63,110 nt of DNA, filler included, from Craspedostauros australis (GCA_030167865.1; 9 parts of 9 records of this genome joined end to end with filler, not necessarily neighbours in it), one strand, 5' to 3'; counted from the whole stretch's first letter, positions 24,117-35,777 are shown. Made by a program: numbers and translations. The notes: generated by a model not told the origin, from the letters alone.

Positions 24117-24217
24117 NNNNNNNNNNNNNNNNNNNNNNNNNNNNNNNNNNNNNNNNNNNNTTAATTAATTAANNNNNNNNNNNNNNNNNNNNNNNNNNNN
24201 NNNNNNNNNNNNNNNNC

Positions 24218-24373
24218 AAGATCAAGGGAAACCAGAACATCGCCGACATCCTCACGAAATTCCTTCCACGGTCGGTTTTCTGGGACCTCATCCAACCACT
24301 ATTGTTCTGGAAGGGCAACACCGATCCCACCCACACAAGTGACTGCGAAAAGATACGTTTCGGGGAGTATTAG
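24218..24373 (+). CDS. C-terminus of copia pol (RNase H)
   Basis: KIKGNQNIADILTKFL...LLFWKG...RFGEY*. The ORF reads through the PPT (GGGGAG, 24362-24367) and stops inside the LTR. Confidence 0.85.
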   Translation, partial: KIKGNQNIADILTKFLPRSVFWDLIQPLLFWKGNTDPTHTSDCEKIRFGEY

Positions 24374-24900
24374 CACAACGCTTTATTCACCTGATTCGTT
24401 TTCTGATTAGTCTATCCTGGTATGTGCTGAAACGATGCTTTACTCCGACACATGATTTTCGGCATAAGAGGGACACACTAGGGAGAACATCAGAGATTNN
24501 NNNNNNNNNNNNNNNNNNNNNNNNNNNNNNNCCAATTCGACCTGATATACTTCCCAACTAAACCTGAAATGACAACACACTCGATGACCTCAAGCATCAT
24601 CATGGAATGTGGAATCGACAGAGCCATGGAACGGTGATGAGTGACGTCGACACAGAAGACATCATCGCCACATCATGGGTCATCTCCACATCAGAACAAG
24701 ATCGGATTCGAGGTGCAATGACTGAGAGCTGACCTTGAAGACAGCAACATGAGATACAACTCAATGAAGATAACATAAGAACTAGAAGTCACTCAACCCA
24801 AACAGTGTCTTCACTCACCAGCTTGTCACCCTCGTCCTGAAAGACTTGATCTCTCTTGAAGGACTCGTGTGATTTCGCTGTGTACGATAACGAGATAACA
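24368..24900 (+). repeat. CoDi LTR with TA...CA termini
   Basis: Follows the PPT, starts TATTAGCAC and ends GAGATAACA. Homologous to 42749-43273 and 60626-61171. Confidence 0.9.
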
Positions 24901-24922
24901 GATTAACAGTCGCAAGCACTAC
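24901..24922 (+). promoter_or_regulatory. Primer-binding site complementary to the 5' half (about nt 19-40) of tRNA-Asn(GUU)
   Basis: The reverse complement GTAGTGCTTGCGACTGTTAATC reads as D-arm 3' strand plus anticodon arm TGCGA-CT-GTT-AA-TC. Confidence 0.75.
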
Positions 24923-25055
24923 GTCCTGACCTGACTGAGTGAACCCCCCTCCAACCCACCGAGCTGATACCATCAGCAACGAACCAACTGCATCACGTGA
25001 CGACGTGAAGCAAGAACCGAACAAGAACAAGAGCCTTCCAAGGCAGCGCACATGA

Positions 25056-25208
25056 ACACACAGAGCACAGCGTATCCGCTTCTCTGTGACGAACCGAACA
25101 AACGAATACACCGAGCACAGCGTATCCGCTCCTCCGTGACGAACCGAACAAACTGAACACACCGAGCACAGCGTATCCGCTTCTCCGTGACGAACCGAAC
25201 CGAACAAG
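25056..25208 (+). repeat. Three ~55-bp tandem repeats in the retrotransposon leader
   Basis: GAGCACAGCGTATCCGCTYCTCYGTGACGAACCGAAC x3. The sibling element has one copy at ~61330-61372. Confidence 0.85.
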
Positions 25209-28200
25209 ATGACAGAACCCACCGACCCCATCACNNNNNNNNNNNNNNNNNNNNNNNNNNNNNNNNNNNNNNNNNNNNNNNNNNNNNNNNNNNNNNNNNN
25301 NNNNNNNNNNNNNNNNNNNGTTGACGACCTCACCTTCCTCACCAAGGAAGACCTCGACGGTCTTCATCGCGACATCACTCCCACCACGGGAGACCCATAC
25401 TCATGCCGATTGACTGCATTGCACATTCGCAAGATCCTCGCACTCCCAATGTGGTATGACGCGCAAGCTGGCGACGGCGACTCCGTCTGGCTTGGCCTGA
25501 ATGCTGCGAGGCTCCAGAGCTTCATGAAAGCCGAACTCAAGAAACGCGTGGAAGCCTCCACACCGACACCCGAACCCACCATGTCGTCCATGGTGACACC
25601 ACCACCACCACCTGAACCTGTCTCTGATGGAGCCGCTGCCTTCGACAAGGGNATCAAGCGGAACCTCAGCGACTATCCGATCCTGAAGAGCGANGACCAG
25701 TTCATGGTCTTNGACCGACGTCTNCGAGCCACCGCTGCAGCGCACGGTGTGAAGAACGTCGTAGACCCCGAGTACCTCCCGACCCAAGATGAGTCTGAGC
25801 TGTTCGACAAGCAGCGCACCTTCCTCTTCTACGTCTTGACCCACTGTCTCAGGACCACGAAGAGCCGCAACTGTCTCCAAGCATACGCCGACGACGAGAA
25901 CGGTCATGGGGTGTATACCATGCTCCGTGAAGAGTATGCAACCGGCGTAGCTGCAGCCAACAAGGCCCAACTGATCCAGGAGGAGATCCGAAACCTCAAG
26001 CTGAACCACTCCTGGAACGGCAGCCGCGAAGCCTTCNTGAACAGCTGGCTCAGCAAGATCAACGACCTNGAAGAGATNCAGGATGCNCCTGTCTCTGAGG
26101 ACTGGAAGCTNCAGTGGCTCAAGGAGGCCATCACCCCTGATGCTGACCTCTTCCGTTCCCTTGACGACGCCGATGCTCTCCAGAGCAACTTGGCGTTGGC
26201 GACAGGAAAGACCAACTTCAGGCTGGACTTCGATGCCTTCCTTGGCGTTGTTCGCAGATCCGCACAGCGCAACGATCTCCGCGTCCCACGCAACAAGACC
26301 AAGCGTAGGGTCAACAACACAAGCAAGGACGCAAGCAACAACAAGAACAAGAGCACGAACAAGCGAATCCCAGACAACGAATGGAAACAAATGACCTGGG
26401 ATCAGAAGAAGGCCCACATGNNNNNNNNNNNNNNNNNNNNNNNNNNNNNNNNNNNNNNNNNNNNNNNNNNGCAGCCAACAAGGCCCAACTGATCCAGGAG
26501 GAGATCCGAAACCTCAAGCTGAACCACTCCTGGAACGGCAGCCGCGAAGCCTTCATGAACAGCTGGCTCAGCAAGATCAACGACCTTGAAGAGATTCAGG
26601 ATGCGCCTGTCTCTGAGGACTGGAAGCTCCAGTGGCTCAAGGAGGCCATCACCCCTGATGCTGACCTCTTCCGTTCCCTTGACGACGCCGATGCTCTCCA
26701 GAGCAACTTGGCGTTGGCGACAGGAAAGACCAACTTCAGGCTGGACTTCGATGCCTTCCTTGGCGTTGTTCGCAGATCCGCACAGCGCAACGATCTCCGC
26801 GTCCCACGCAACAAGACCAAGCGTAGGGTCAACAACACAAGCAAGGACGCAAGCAACAACAAGAACAAGAGCACGAACAAGCGAATCCCAGACAACGAAT
26901 GGAAACAAATGACCTGGGATCAGAAGAAGGCCCACATGCAGTCCAAGGGTACTTGGGATCCCAAGTACACCAGGGATGCATCGAACAGACAGGCCAACAA
27001 GACATCCACCGCTGGCAATGGGGGAGGTGGGCAAACCAAGTCCGCCTCGACCTCCGGCAACGCCGGTTCTGACGAACTCCCCGGCGATGCCATCAAGCGC
27101 ATGCTGGCCAATGCCACGACCAACACCAACACTTCCAACGAAGTCACCATCCAGGGCAAGGTCTACCGTGCTGTCCAGGCCACAGTCCTGCAATACAGCT
27201 TCAACAAGACTGATGTTGCGAAGTCCGGTTCCCTAATCGACAGCGGTGCGAACGGAGGATTGGCAGGCGATGATGTGACTATCATCAGCCGCACCAACCA
27301 TACCGCCGACATCAGCGGAATTGGAGACACCGCAATCGTCAACCTGGACATTGGAACGGTCGCTGGACTCGTCATGTCCACTGAGGGACCTATCATTGCG
27401 AAGTTCCACCAATACGCCCTCTATGGCAAGGGCAAGACGATTCACTCGACGAATCAGCTCGGTGCCTTCGGTCTCGATGTCAACGAGCGTCCTCGCGAAC
27501 TCCCCGGAGGGAGACAGACAATCGTCGTGCCTGATGGGCATGTGATCCCTCTCTCCATCCGACAGGGCCTATCCTACATGGACATGAGGCCTCCCACACG
27601 CAGGGAGATTGACACGTACCCTCACGTGGACTTCACTGCCGACGAGGAGTGGGACCCATCCACTCTCGACCACGAGTTCACCTTGCTGGACGGGACCTCC
27701 GATGGTGCCCCAGATGACGGCGTCCACTCACCGGACTCCATCGAAGTGTTCACCAGTGAGACCAATGCCCCACAGCAGGGCGCTATCACTCGTGCGAAAC
27801 CGACGATCGACTATGAGGCCCTCCGTCCGTACTTCGGATGGATCCCGGCCAGAAGAGTCCAAGACACTCTCAAGTGCACGTCCCAATGGTACCGCACCTC
27901 CGAGCGGTTCACCATGAGAAAGCACTTCAAGACCAGATTCCCTGCCGCGAACGTGGACAGACTCCACGAGACCGTTGCCATGGACACGTTGTTCTCTGAC
28001 ACACCTGCACACGACGATGGTGTGCCAGGCCATGGTGGCAGCACGATGATGCAAGTATACGTGGCCGTGGATTCTCGCTTCACCGCAGGATTCCCCATGA
28101 CATCGGAGAAGCAAGTTGCTTCCACTCTCCAAGACTTCATCCGGCGTCATGGAGCTCCTGACCTCCTGATGTCCGATAACGCAAAATCCGAAATCGGATT

Positions 28201-29697
28201 CAAGGTACAAGACATCCTCCGACAGTATTCCATCGCTGATCATCAGAGCGAACCGGAGCACCAGCACCAGAACGCCGCAGAGAGGCGTATCCAAGACATC
28301 AAGCGCATGACGAACGGCATCATGGACAGGACGGGCACACCTGCTCGCTTCTGGCTCATATGCANNNNNNNNNNNNNNNNNNNNNNNNNNNNNNNNNNNN
28401 NNNNNNNNNNNNNNNNNNNNNNNNNNNNNNNNNNNNNNNNNNNNNNNNNNNNNGATGTGAGCAAGTTCCTTGCCTACCGTTGGTGGCAACCGGTGTACTA
28501 CCGTGTGGAGAAACCTGGCTTTCCCAGCCAGTCCAAAGAACGAAAAGGGAGGTGGGCCGGACCCTGCCTCCACAAGGGTGACGAACTGACCTTCTGGGTG
28601 TTGGACGATGACACCCAACAGCTCCTCCCTCGATCCTCGATCCGTGCAGCCGACGAGCACGGCTCCCNNNNNNNNNNNNNNNNNNNNNNNNNNNNNNNNN
28701 NNNNNNNNNNNNNNNNNAGAGGCGTATCCAAGACATCAAGCGCATGACGAACGGCATCATGGACAGGACGGGCACACCTGCTCGCTTCTGGCTCATATGC
28801 ATCATGTATGTCATTGTGCTCTTCAATCACTTGGCTCAACGCACGGCAGGAAACGTCACGCCGATGCAGGCAGCCTACGGACACCGTCCTGATGTGAGCA
28901 AGTTCCTTGCCTACCGTTGGTGGCAACCGGTGTACTACCGTGTGGAGAAACCTGGCTTTCCCAGCCAGTCCAAANNNNNNNNNNNNNNNNNNNNNNNNNN
29001 NNNNNNNNNNNNNNNNNNNNNNNNGTTCCTTGCCTACCGTTGGTGGCAACCGGTGTACTACCGTGTGGAGAAACCTGGCTTTCCCAGCCAGTCCAAAGAA
29101 CGAAAAGGGAGGTGGGCCGGACCCTGCCTCCACAAGGGTGACGAACTGACCTTCTGGGTGTTGGACGATGACACCCAACAGCTCCTCCCTCGATCCTCGA
29201 TCCGTGCAGCCGACGAGCACGGCTCCCGCAACCTGCGNGTCGACTTTCCCCTGGCCGACGTTGGGGAGGAAGACGGCTCGGACACGAACCCACCTGATGA
29301 TGGGGAGCTTGACGACGACGTCCCAGTGCCTGATGGAATGCAACCAGTTGTTCATTCCCTCGGAGACGCCGTTCTTTTCGCTTCTGCGGAGTCCGATCCT
29401 GGAACGACGGACATGGCAAGAGTCTCCATCCCTCGATTCACACCAGAGGATCTCATCGGCAAGACCTTCCTGTACGACCGTGACGGACAGAGAGTCAAGG
29501 CCGAAGTCATCCAACGCGTCAACGATGCCGATGCTGCGAACCACCAGCGAATCAAGATGTTGCTCGCCTTCGACGATGGAGCCACCAACGAACTCATCTC
29601 CTACGTCCAGCTATCCGACATCATCGAACAGCAGCTCGAACGCAACGAAGACGACGAAGACGGAGTATGGGGATTCCAAGGCATCATCGGCCACGAA
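25209..29697 (+). mobile_element. CoDi Ty1/copia gag-pol (gag, protease, integrase), 3'-partial, gapped assembly
   Basis: ATG at 25209; protease LIDSGANGGLAG; integrase D-D-E in VAMDTLFS, LMSDNAKSE and QNAAERRIQ; no stops visible outside gap-flanking overlaps. Confidence 0.93.
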
Positions 29698-29799
29698 NNN
29701 NNNNNNNNNNNNNNNNNNNNNNNNNNNNNNNNNNNNNNNNNTTAATTAATTAANNNNNNNNNNNNNNNNNNNNNNNNNNNNNNNNNNNNNNNNNNNNAG

Positions 29800-32700
29800 C
29801 TCGCCACGCACTACCGGCAGCACTGCCTGGACAGCTTCGCGTTCTTCGTCTGCGGCAAGTTCGATCTGCATCAAATGGAGGAGCCCTACGCCGGCATCCG
29901 TAGTGCGATGGGGGAGCTCATGGAACAGATCAAGTTGCTGCCGCCCAACGACGTCGTCGGCGCAACCATGGACGATCCAAGGAGGGTCTCGCGCGTGCAT
30001 CAGGCGCTGGTCCGCAATCTGTCGTCCAGCGAGCTGAGGACGCTGCACAAGATCGTCCCTGGTATGTACAAATGGATGACGGGCGAAGATGCCGTCACCG
30101 TCGGCACGCGGCAAAGCAAATGTGCGGACCTCACCAGCAGGGATGCAACCAGCGACGATGTCAACAACAGCAATGTCAACAACAGCAATAATGATGACAA
30201 TAGCGACACTGCAGCCATCATCACGAATACGGAGCTGGTTGGCAGTAACTCCATGATCCAGCAGAAGTCGCTTGCAACCCTATCGATAGGGTCCGACGAT
30301 GAGAGGAATCCTGCCGCGGTGGAGGGATACAAGGAGAAGTCCGACAGGATCAAGCACACGCTCAAGCGGTTCCTGCGGATCATTTGCCAACACAGCCCGC
30401 TTGTGCTCATGATGGATGACATCCAATGGGCCGACAAGGCGTCGCTAGATCTGATCGAAATGTGGACGCTGGATGGTGAAATCCCGTCCTTGATGATCGT
30501 GGGATGCTTCAGATACAACGAGCTGGAGCAGAATGAATCGCTGCAAGGCATGATCGACACTCTCGAGAACTTGAAGCGAGAGCGGGCCATCCGCATCATC
30601 AACATCCATATGAGCGACCTACCGCAGCACAGCGTTCGGCAGATCCTCGTTGAGATCCTGCTGCCGGACAAGGATGACGATGTCAACGGCCTCGCGGATA
30701 TCGTCCATCGCAAGACGGGCGGCAACATCTTCTTCGTCAAGCAGTTTCTGGAATCGTTGGTCGATGATGATCTGCTGTGGTTTGATGAGGTTGGTGGGAT
30801 GAAGTGGCTCTGGGAGGAACGCAAGATCATCGCCGAATCGTTGGCCACGGACAACATTGTGGATCTGATGAAGCACAAGCTGCATCGCGTTGATGATGCT
30901 CACCATGTACTCCCGATTGCAGCGTGCCTCGGATGCACGTTTTCGCGCAAGAGGTTGATGCTTGTGATTCGGGCATTTTCGATCCATTCCGATCACAGGG
31001 TGTTCTTTCGAGATCTGCTGATTGAGGATGACGCAGCGCAGCCCAAATCGGTTGGTGCCGAACCAACACGGAAGCAACGGCGGCGGCAAAGTGTCGATCT
31101 CACATCGCATAAGAGCATACAAAAGATCCTCGATACCTGCGAACGCGAAGGGCTCATCGAGCAACATTCCCAACATCAAACCAAGCGCGCCAAGTCGAAA
31201 ACCAAGACCGAGAGGGCGCGAGCGGCACCAAACCAAGCGCGAAACGATGATGATCGATGCACCTTCATCCACGACAAGATCCAAGAGGCAGCATTGGCGT
31301 TGGTACCCCAAGACAAGATGTCTGAGCTGCAGCATAGGGTTGGTGACATCCTGCTCTCCTCCTTCTCCGGGGGCAAGATGGAGGATCATGACGTCTACAT
31401 GGTCGCGGGCCTCATCAACACGAGGCTTGACCTGATTCCAGCCACGGCAGAGCAATCCAACCGCCGCATGAGGATCGCCATGCTCAACTACAAGACGGCC
31501 CAGCTCGCCGTGGAGTGCGCCGCGTTTCAAGCTGCGTTGCGGTACTTCGCAACGGCCATGCAGATGCTGCCTACCAATCATTGGAAGAGCCATATCGCCG
31601 AGAGCTTGGATATCTACGCCTCGGCAGCTGAGTGCGCATACCTCATCAATGACTCCAACAAGGCCAAGGAGTACTGCTCGGCCGTCCTATCGCTTGAGTG
31701 CCCTCTGCTTCACAAGGTCCGAACATATCATATCTTACTAGAAGTCCTATTCATGGAATCTCAAGCACACAAGGCGGTCAAGACGCTACCAACATGCATC
31801 AACCTGCTCAGCATGCTTGGTTGCGAACTGCCCAAGAGCAGTTTCAGCAGAAAGATGCGACTCATCTTTGGCCTGTCGAAGATGAAGCGAGTGGCATCAA
31901 AATGGACCGTGGAATCTTTTCGAAGCATGCCAGCGTCACAGGATCCGACGCAAATCGCCATCGTCAAGACCCTCAACAAGTCAATCGTCATCGCCTTCGT
32001 CCTCGAACCGGACCTATTTCCTTTGATCATCCTCGAGTGCGTACGCAGGACCTTGAAGTACGGAATCATGCCATACTCGGCACCTGCTTTTAGTTGCTTG
32101 GCCGTACTCGTAGGGTACTTCATGGGAGACTTCGCCACAGCAGTCAAGATTTGCAAGGTTGCTCTCGCCATAACAGATCGCGAATCAAACCAAGTTTGCA
32201 AATGCCAGGTGATGTACACTGCTTGCCTGGGCACCATGCACTGGGTCAGACCTCTGGGGGAGATACCAGCGCTTTTCTGGGAGGCATACGAGCTGGGCAT
32301 GGCCTGCGGTGACGTCGACTCGGCCATCCGGGCTCTCATGTACTATTGGCAAACGAGATTCTACATCGGAGTCCCGCTGCCTCAGCTCGATGAGGACATG
32401 CTGAAGTACTCGAAGGTCATGGAAGACTTTCGGAGGGCGGACACAAGAAGCATCATCAACGTGACTTGGCAGTTAATGCAGAACTTGCGCGGTCTCTCGG
32501 ACAATGGCATCAAGCTGAAGGGAGACATGTTCGACGAAGATGCCTTCTTCCGGAATGCCACCGAGGAAAACGACCAGTTCGTGTCGCTTTTGGTGATGTC
32601 ATGTCGGCCAACGCTGGGCGTTTTCCTCGGCGAGTACGAGTACGGAGCTGCGGCATCGGTGAAAATCTTCGATGAGGAGCTGAAGGTGTTTGGTGGATGG

Positions 32701-33228
32701 TTCTTCCTGCCGCTTGCCGCGTGCTATTCCGGGGTCTGCTGCTACGCCACCTCCCACAGCACATCCAACAAGGCCCACGCGAAGCGATATCGCAAATTTG
32801 CTGACAAATGCCGAAAACAGCTGCATGTATGGGCAGACAAGGGCAATCCAAACTGCGACCACAGACTCGCCCTCCTGGAGGCGGAGCACAAGATGTTGCG
32901 ATCGAAGTACGACTTTGCCCTCTTCAAGTTCAGGAGTGTCATCGAGATGACCGACAAGCTCGGATGCATCCATGAACAAGCCTTGGCGAATGAGCGGCTG
33001 TCAGAGTGCTTGGTGAGAATGGGCAAGAGAGACGTCGCTCTTCTGGCCATGGCGGAAGCCATCAGGCTGTACGAGGAGTGGGGTGCAATGAAAAAGGTTG
33101 AGAAGCTGAGGTTGGCATGCGAGAAGATGCGACAGGGGGCACGGGCTGATGGTGTCGCTGTTTCGGTTGGTGGGGATACTGGTACAGTGCCGTTCGCGGC
33201 AGGTTCGACAGGCACGGCAAGTGCGTGA
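29800..33228 (+). CDS. STAND-class/AAA_16-type ATPase with TPR-like helical region, 5'-partial
   Basis: FVCGKFD...EPYAG, Walker B LVLMMDDIQWAD, KTGGNIFFV, FIHDKIQEAA, EQALANER and YEEWGAMKKV. The frame is open to the contig edge, so Walker A is missing. Confidence 0.88.
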   Translation, partial: LATHYRQHCLDSFAFFVCGKFDLHQMEEPYAGIRSAMGELMEQIKLLPPNDVVGATMDDPRRVSRVHQALVRNLSSSELRTLHKIVPGMYKWMTGEDAVTVGTRQSKCADLTSRDATSDDVNNSNVNNSNNDDNSDTAAIITNTELVGSNSMIQQKSLATLSIGSDDERNPAAVEGYKEKSDRIKHTLKRFLRIICQHSPLVLMMDDIQWADKASLDLIEMWTLDGEIPSLMIVGCFRYNELEQNESLQGMIDTLENLKRERAIRIINIHMSDLPQHSVRQILVEILLPDKDDDVNGLADIVHRKTGGNIFFVKQFLESLVDDDLLWFDEVGGMKWLWEERKIIAESLATDNIVDLMKHKLHRVDDAHHVLPIAACLGCTFSRKRLMLVIRAFSIHSDHRVFFRDLLIEDDAAQPKSVGAEPTRKQRRRQSVDLTSHKSIQKILDTCEREGLIEQHSQHQTKRAKSKTKTERARAAPNQARNDDDRCTFIHDKIQEAALALVPQDKMSELQHRVGDILLSSFSGGKMEDHDVYMVAGLINTRLDLIPATAEQSNRRMRIAMLNYKTAQLAVECAAFQAALRYFATAMQMLPTNHWKSHIAESLDIYASAAECAYLINDSNKAKEYCSAVLSLECPLLHKVRTYHILLEVLFMESQAHKAVKTLPTCINLLSMLGCELPKSSFSRKMRLIFGLSKMKRVASKWTVESFRSMPASQDPTQIAIVKTLNKSIVIAFVLEPDLFPLIILECVRRTLKYGIMPYSAPAFSCLAVLVGYFMGDFATAVKICKVALAITDRESNQVCKCQVMYTACLGTMHWVRPLGEIPALFWEAYELGMACGDVDSAIRALMYYWQTRFYIGVPLPQLDEDMLKYSKVMEDFRRADTRSIINVTWQLMQNLRGLSDNGIKLKGDMFDEDAFFRNATEENDQFVSLLVMSCRPTLGVFLGEYEYGAAASVKIFDEELKVFGGWFFLPLAACYSGVCCYATSHSTSNKAHAKRYRKFADKCRKQLHVWADKGNPNCDHRLALLEAEHKMLRSKYDFALFKFRSVIEMTDKLGCIHEQALANERLSECLVRMGKRDVALLAMAEAIRLYEEWGAMKKVEKLRLACEKMRQGARADGVAVSVGGDTGTVPFAAGSTGTASA

Positions 33229-34841
33229 AGCGGCAAGAAGTAAATAAGAAATATAATAGAGTAGACCGCTTGTGATCGAGTGTGATTATGTCGGTGGGTA
33301 GATGCGAGGAAGCATGAGTAGGCATGGTGCACCGAGCCATGGAATAGATGGTTTGACTGTGCCGTGCTGTGCTGCGATGTGTTCCTGAGGAGATTGGTGT
33401 GGTGCTATGCTGACGCAGTTCGTGGTTTCCAGTTCTTTTTTAAAATTGTGAGGAAGATCCGTATCCACGTTTGGATCAAAGCTGCGACACAATCACGACA
33501 TTCCAAGACACCAACACATAGCGAGATTGAGTGACGCGACGTCACAACACAGACACGTACGACCTCCACACCAACAAATGAGAACAAGAATCCAGAAGCA
33601 GAAGATCGTGGAAGGTGGAGACACCGCCAACAACAACCAAGAGACGTGCTCACCACAACACAGCACACTGCGCACACCATGGTCTCCGATTACCACAATA
33701 CTCACACAAACACGCTTCCCTCTACTCGTACGATTAATGGTACAAACACTTCCGAGATGATGGGCGCGGTCTTCGCTGCTTCAATTCCGCCGCCTGAACA
33801 AGTCAGACACCAACGTTGCGCGGAAAAGGGCAGGTGATGGACGAGAGAGCTGAAGTCGGACCACGCGTCATGTGGTCTCTTGGCGTCGACTTCGGTTCCG
33901 CGTATCTTTCGACAGATGATGCCAATCCCCAAGTCGTCAAATCGTCAAACTGGAGCACTGAGCAAGACTCTCACTCTGCGGCGAATTCGTCCGGACGTGC
34001 GGAAAGCAACGGCTTGGCAGCGAAGCATCACATGGCATCGGTGCGCTGCACAGGAGATGCATCGCTTTGGATGTCGGAGTAGTCGCCAACCCAGCCAAGT
34101 GGTTGGACCACACCAAGCCTCGCGCACTCCGCCGGCGGCGAGCGATCGCATGAAGCATAACCAAAGAGCAATTGGCGAGGCACATGGTTCTTGCTTCGTT
34201 GCTTGGCTCATCTGCTGCCCCAATAGCTGGCCCGAACAACAGAGCAACGGCTCACGTATAACAAGACACCAAGGGTATGACGACGAATATGAATGTGAAT
34301 CCAACGGAGGCTCCACGGCGCTGGCTCCACTCATATTCCATGCTCCTTGCCCACGTACATTCGCACTCACACTCACACTCACACTCACACTCATATTCAC
34401 ACTCATATTCACAGCCAGCTTGTCTCCCCTTCGCATCAACATGCCGCACAACTGAATTTAACAATGATCGAGTGACTGTTTGATGTCGTGGTAGTTCCGC
34501 TTGCAGCACTCTCTTCGGAACGCGCGAACCAACTTTCGTCTTTTCACTCAACGCGAGCGTTGGTGTTGAATCGGTGCATGACTTGGCATGTGCGATGCGG
34601 CATTGGACTGATAACTCGTCATCTCCTTCACCTTGACTGCACAGTGACTACTCATACAAGTCTCACTCCATACGAATCTGAAGGCTCTCTTGATAAAGTA
34701 ATATAGAGAATATCTAATTGCTCAGACTTTGTCATCTGCGCTACTCCACGGCATGATACGTTTGCTCCTCAAGCGCCGTTGCTGGAGTGAATCGCTTCAC
34801 TGCTCTTCCTCGGTGGTGCCGTCCACCTCAATCACTTCGGA

Positions 34842-35648
34842 TCAATTGGTTTTCATAGAGCTGGTTCTCGTCGAGCGGACGAAGTCCACCAGTGTCGCCC
34901 GATCCATGTATGCATCCACACGCGCGGTACCCTCGTCTTCGCTCAGCGCCTCGTACAACTCCATCATGGACATACGGTTGTACTCATCATCAATGCCATC
35001 ATTCTCCGCTCCCCCACTGCGGAGGACATGAATGCCTCCCATTAGTTGATGGTGTGGAATCAGCTTGCTGAAATCTGGATGAGTGAACATGTCTATCTCA
35101 CTTTCAGCTGCCATTCTCATTGCTCCATCCTTCAACACCAGGCAGTTGTGCTGATGAGCGAATATCAACACATCTATCATGGTGTCCTCTGTGAGATGCT
35201 TGCGGGCCAACTCTGCTTCAAGAACAAGCTTGAGTCGCCAGAAGCCGAACTCGTTGGCCACAAGGATCAGCTGTTGCAGATCGTCCTGTCCATTGAGTGT
35301 GGGAGTTGGTTGGTGAGAGGCATCTGTATCGTGGTGAGCGCCGATATGAGCTCCGACGTGAGCAGCAGCGTTGTCACGAACGCTGTCATGAAAGGATATC
35401 TCGCCTGTGTAGATGCATTGGAGGACATATCGGACGTGTTTTGGTTGAAGGTTGGGAAGAGGGATGGTTACTTGCATTGGGGGCGCGCCGTCCTCGGTGC
35501 CATCATTCGCGTGCTGATGTTGGATCCCATTGTCGATCAGTGTCTCAATGGATGGGAGGGTGACCATGAGGACTTTGGCGTTTGCCTTGATTGATTGTTG
35601 TTGGTCACCCTGCCCACACAAGAAGACGGCGTCTGTCCTGTTCTCGGT
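34842..35648 (-). CDS. BTB/POZ-BACK (SPOP-like) domain, in frame with the upstream ankyrin ORF but behind two TAA stops
   Basis: TDAVFLCG...IKANAKVL, VLQCIYTGE, LILVANEFG..LKLVLE and LIFAHQHNCLVLKD. Stops at 35778-35780 and 35649-35651. Confidence 0.78.
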   Translation of the reverse strand, partial: TENRTDAVFLCGQGDQQQSIKANAKVLMVTLPSIETLIDNGIQHQHANDGTEDGAPPMQVTIPLPNLQPKHVRYVLQCIYTGEISFHDSVRDNAAAHVGAHIGAHHDTDASHQPTPTLNGQDDLQQLILVANEFGFWRLKLVLEAELARKHLTEDTMIDVLIFAHQHNCLVLKDGAMRMAAESEIDMFTHPDFSKLIPHHQLMGGIHVLRSGGAENDGIDDEYNRMSMMELYEALSEDEGTARVDAYMDRATLVDFVRSTRTSSMKTN

Positions 35649-35777
35649 TTAGAAAGATCTGAGGCGGTCTTCTTCAATGCTGATGTTGGTCCTCTTGTGG
35701 CTACTGTGTTTGTGTTCATTCTCTTGCTTCTTTCGCTTCAACTGTTGTCTCAACTGTTCTTGTTGTTGTCCATTATC

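Noticed and set aside
25953..26940. Apparent duplications in gag and integrase (also 28279-29220)
   Set aside because: Essentially identical copies abut 50-N gaps, so they are most likely unmerged assembly overlaps.
30000..33332. Long antisense ORFs opposite the ATPase (and opposite gag-pol)
   Set aside because: Shadow ORFs caused by the codon bias of the sense gene.
34362..34412. (CACACT)n and other microsatellites, e.g. (CAG)n ~3021 and (GTT)n ~6960
   Set aside because: Ordinary simple repeats.
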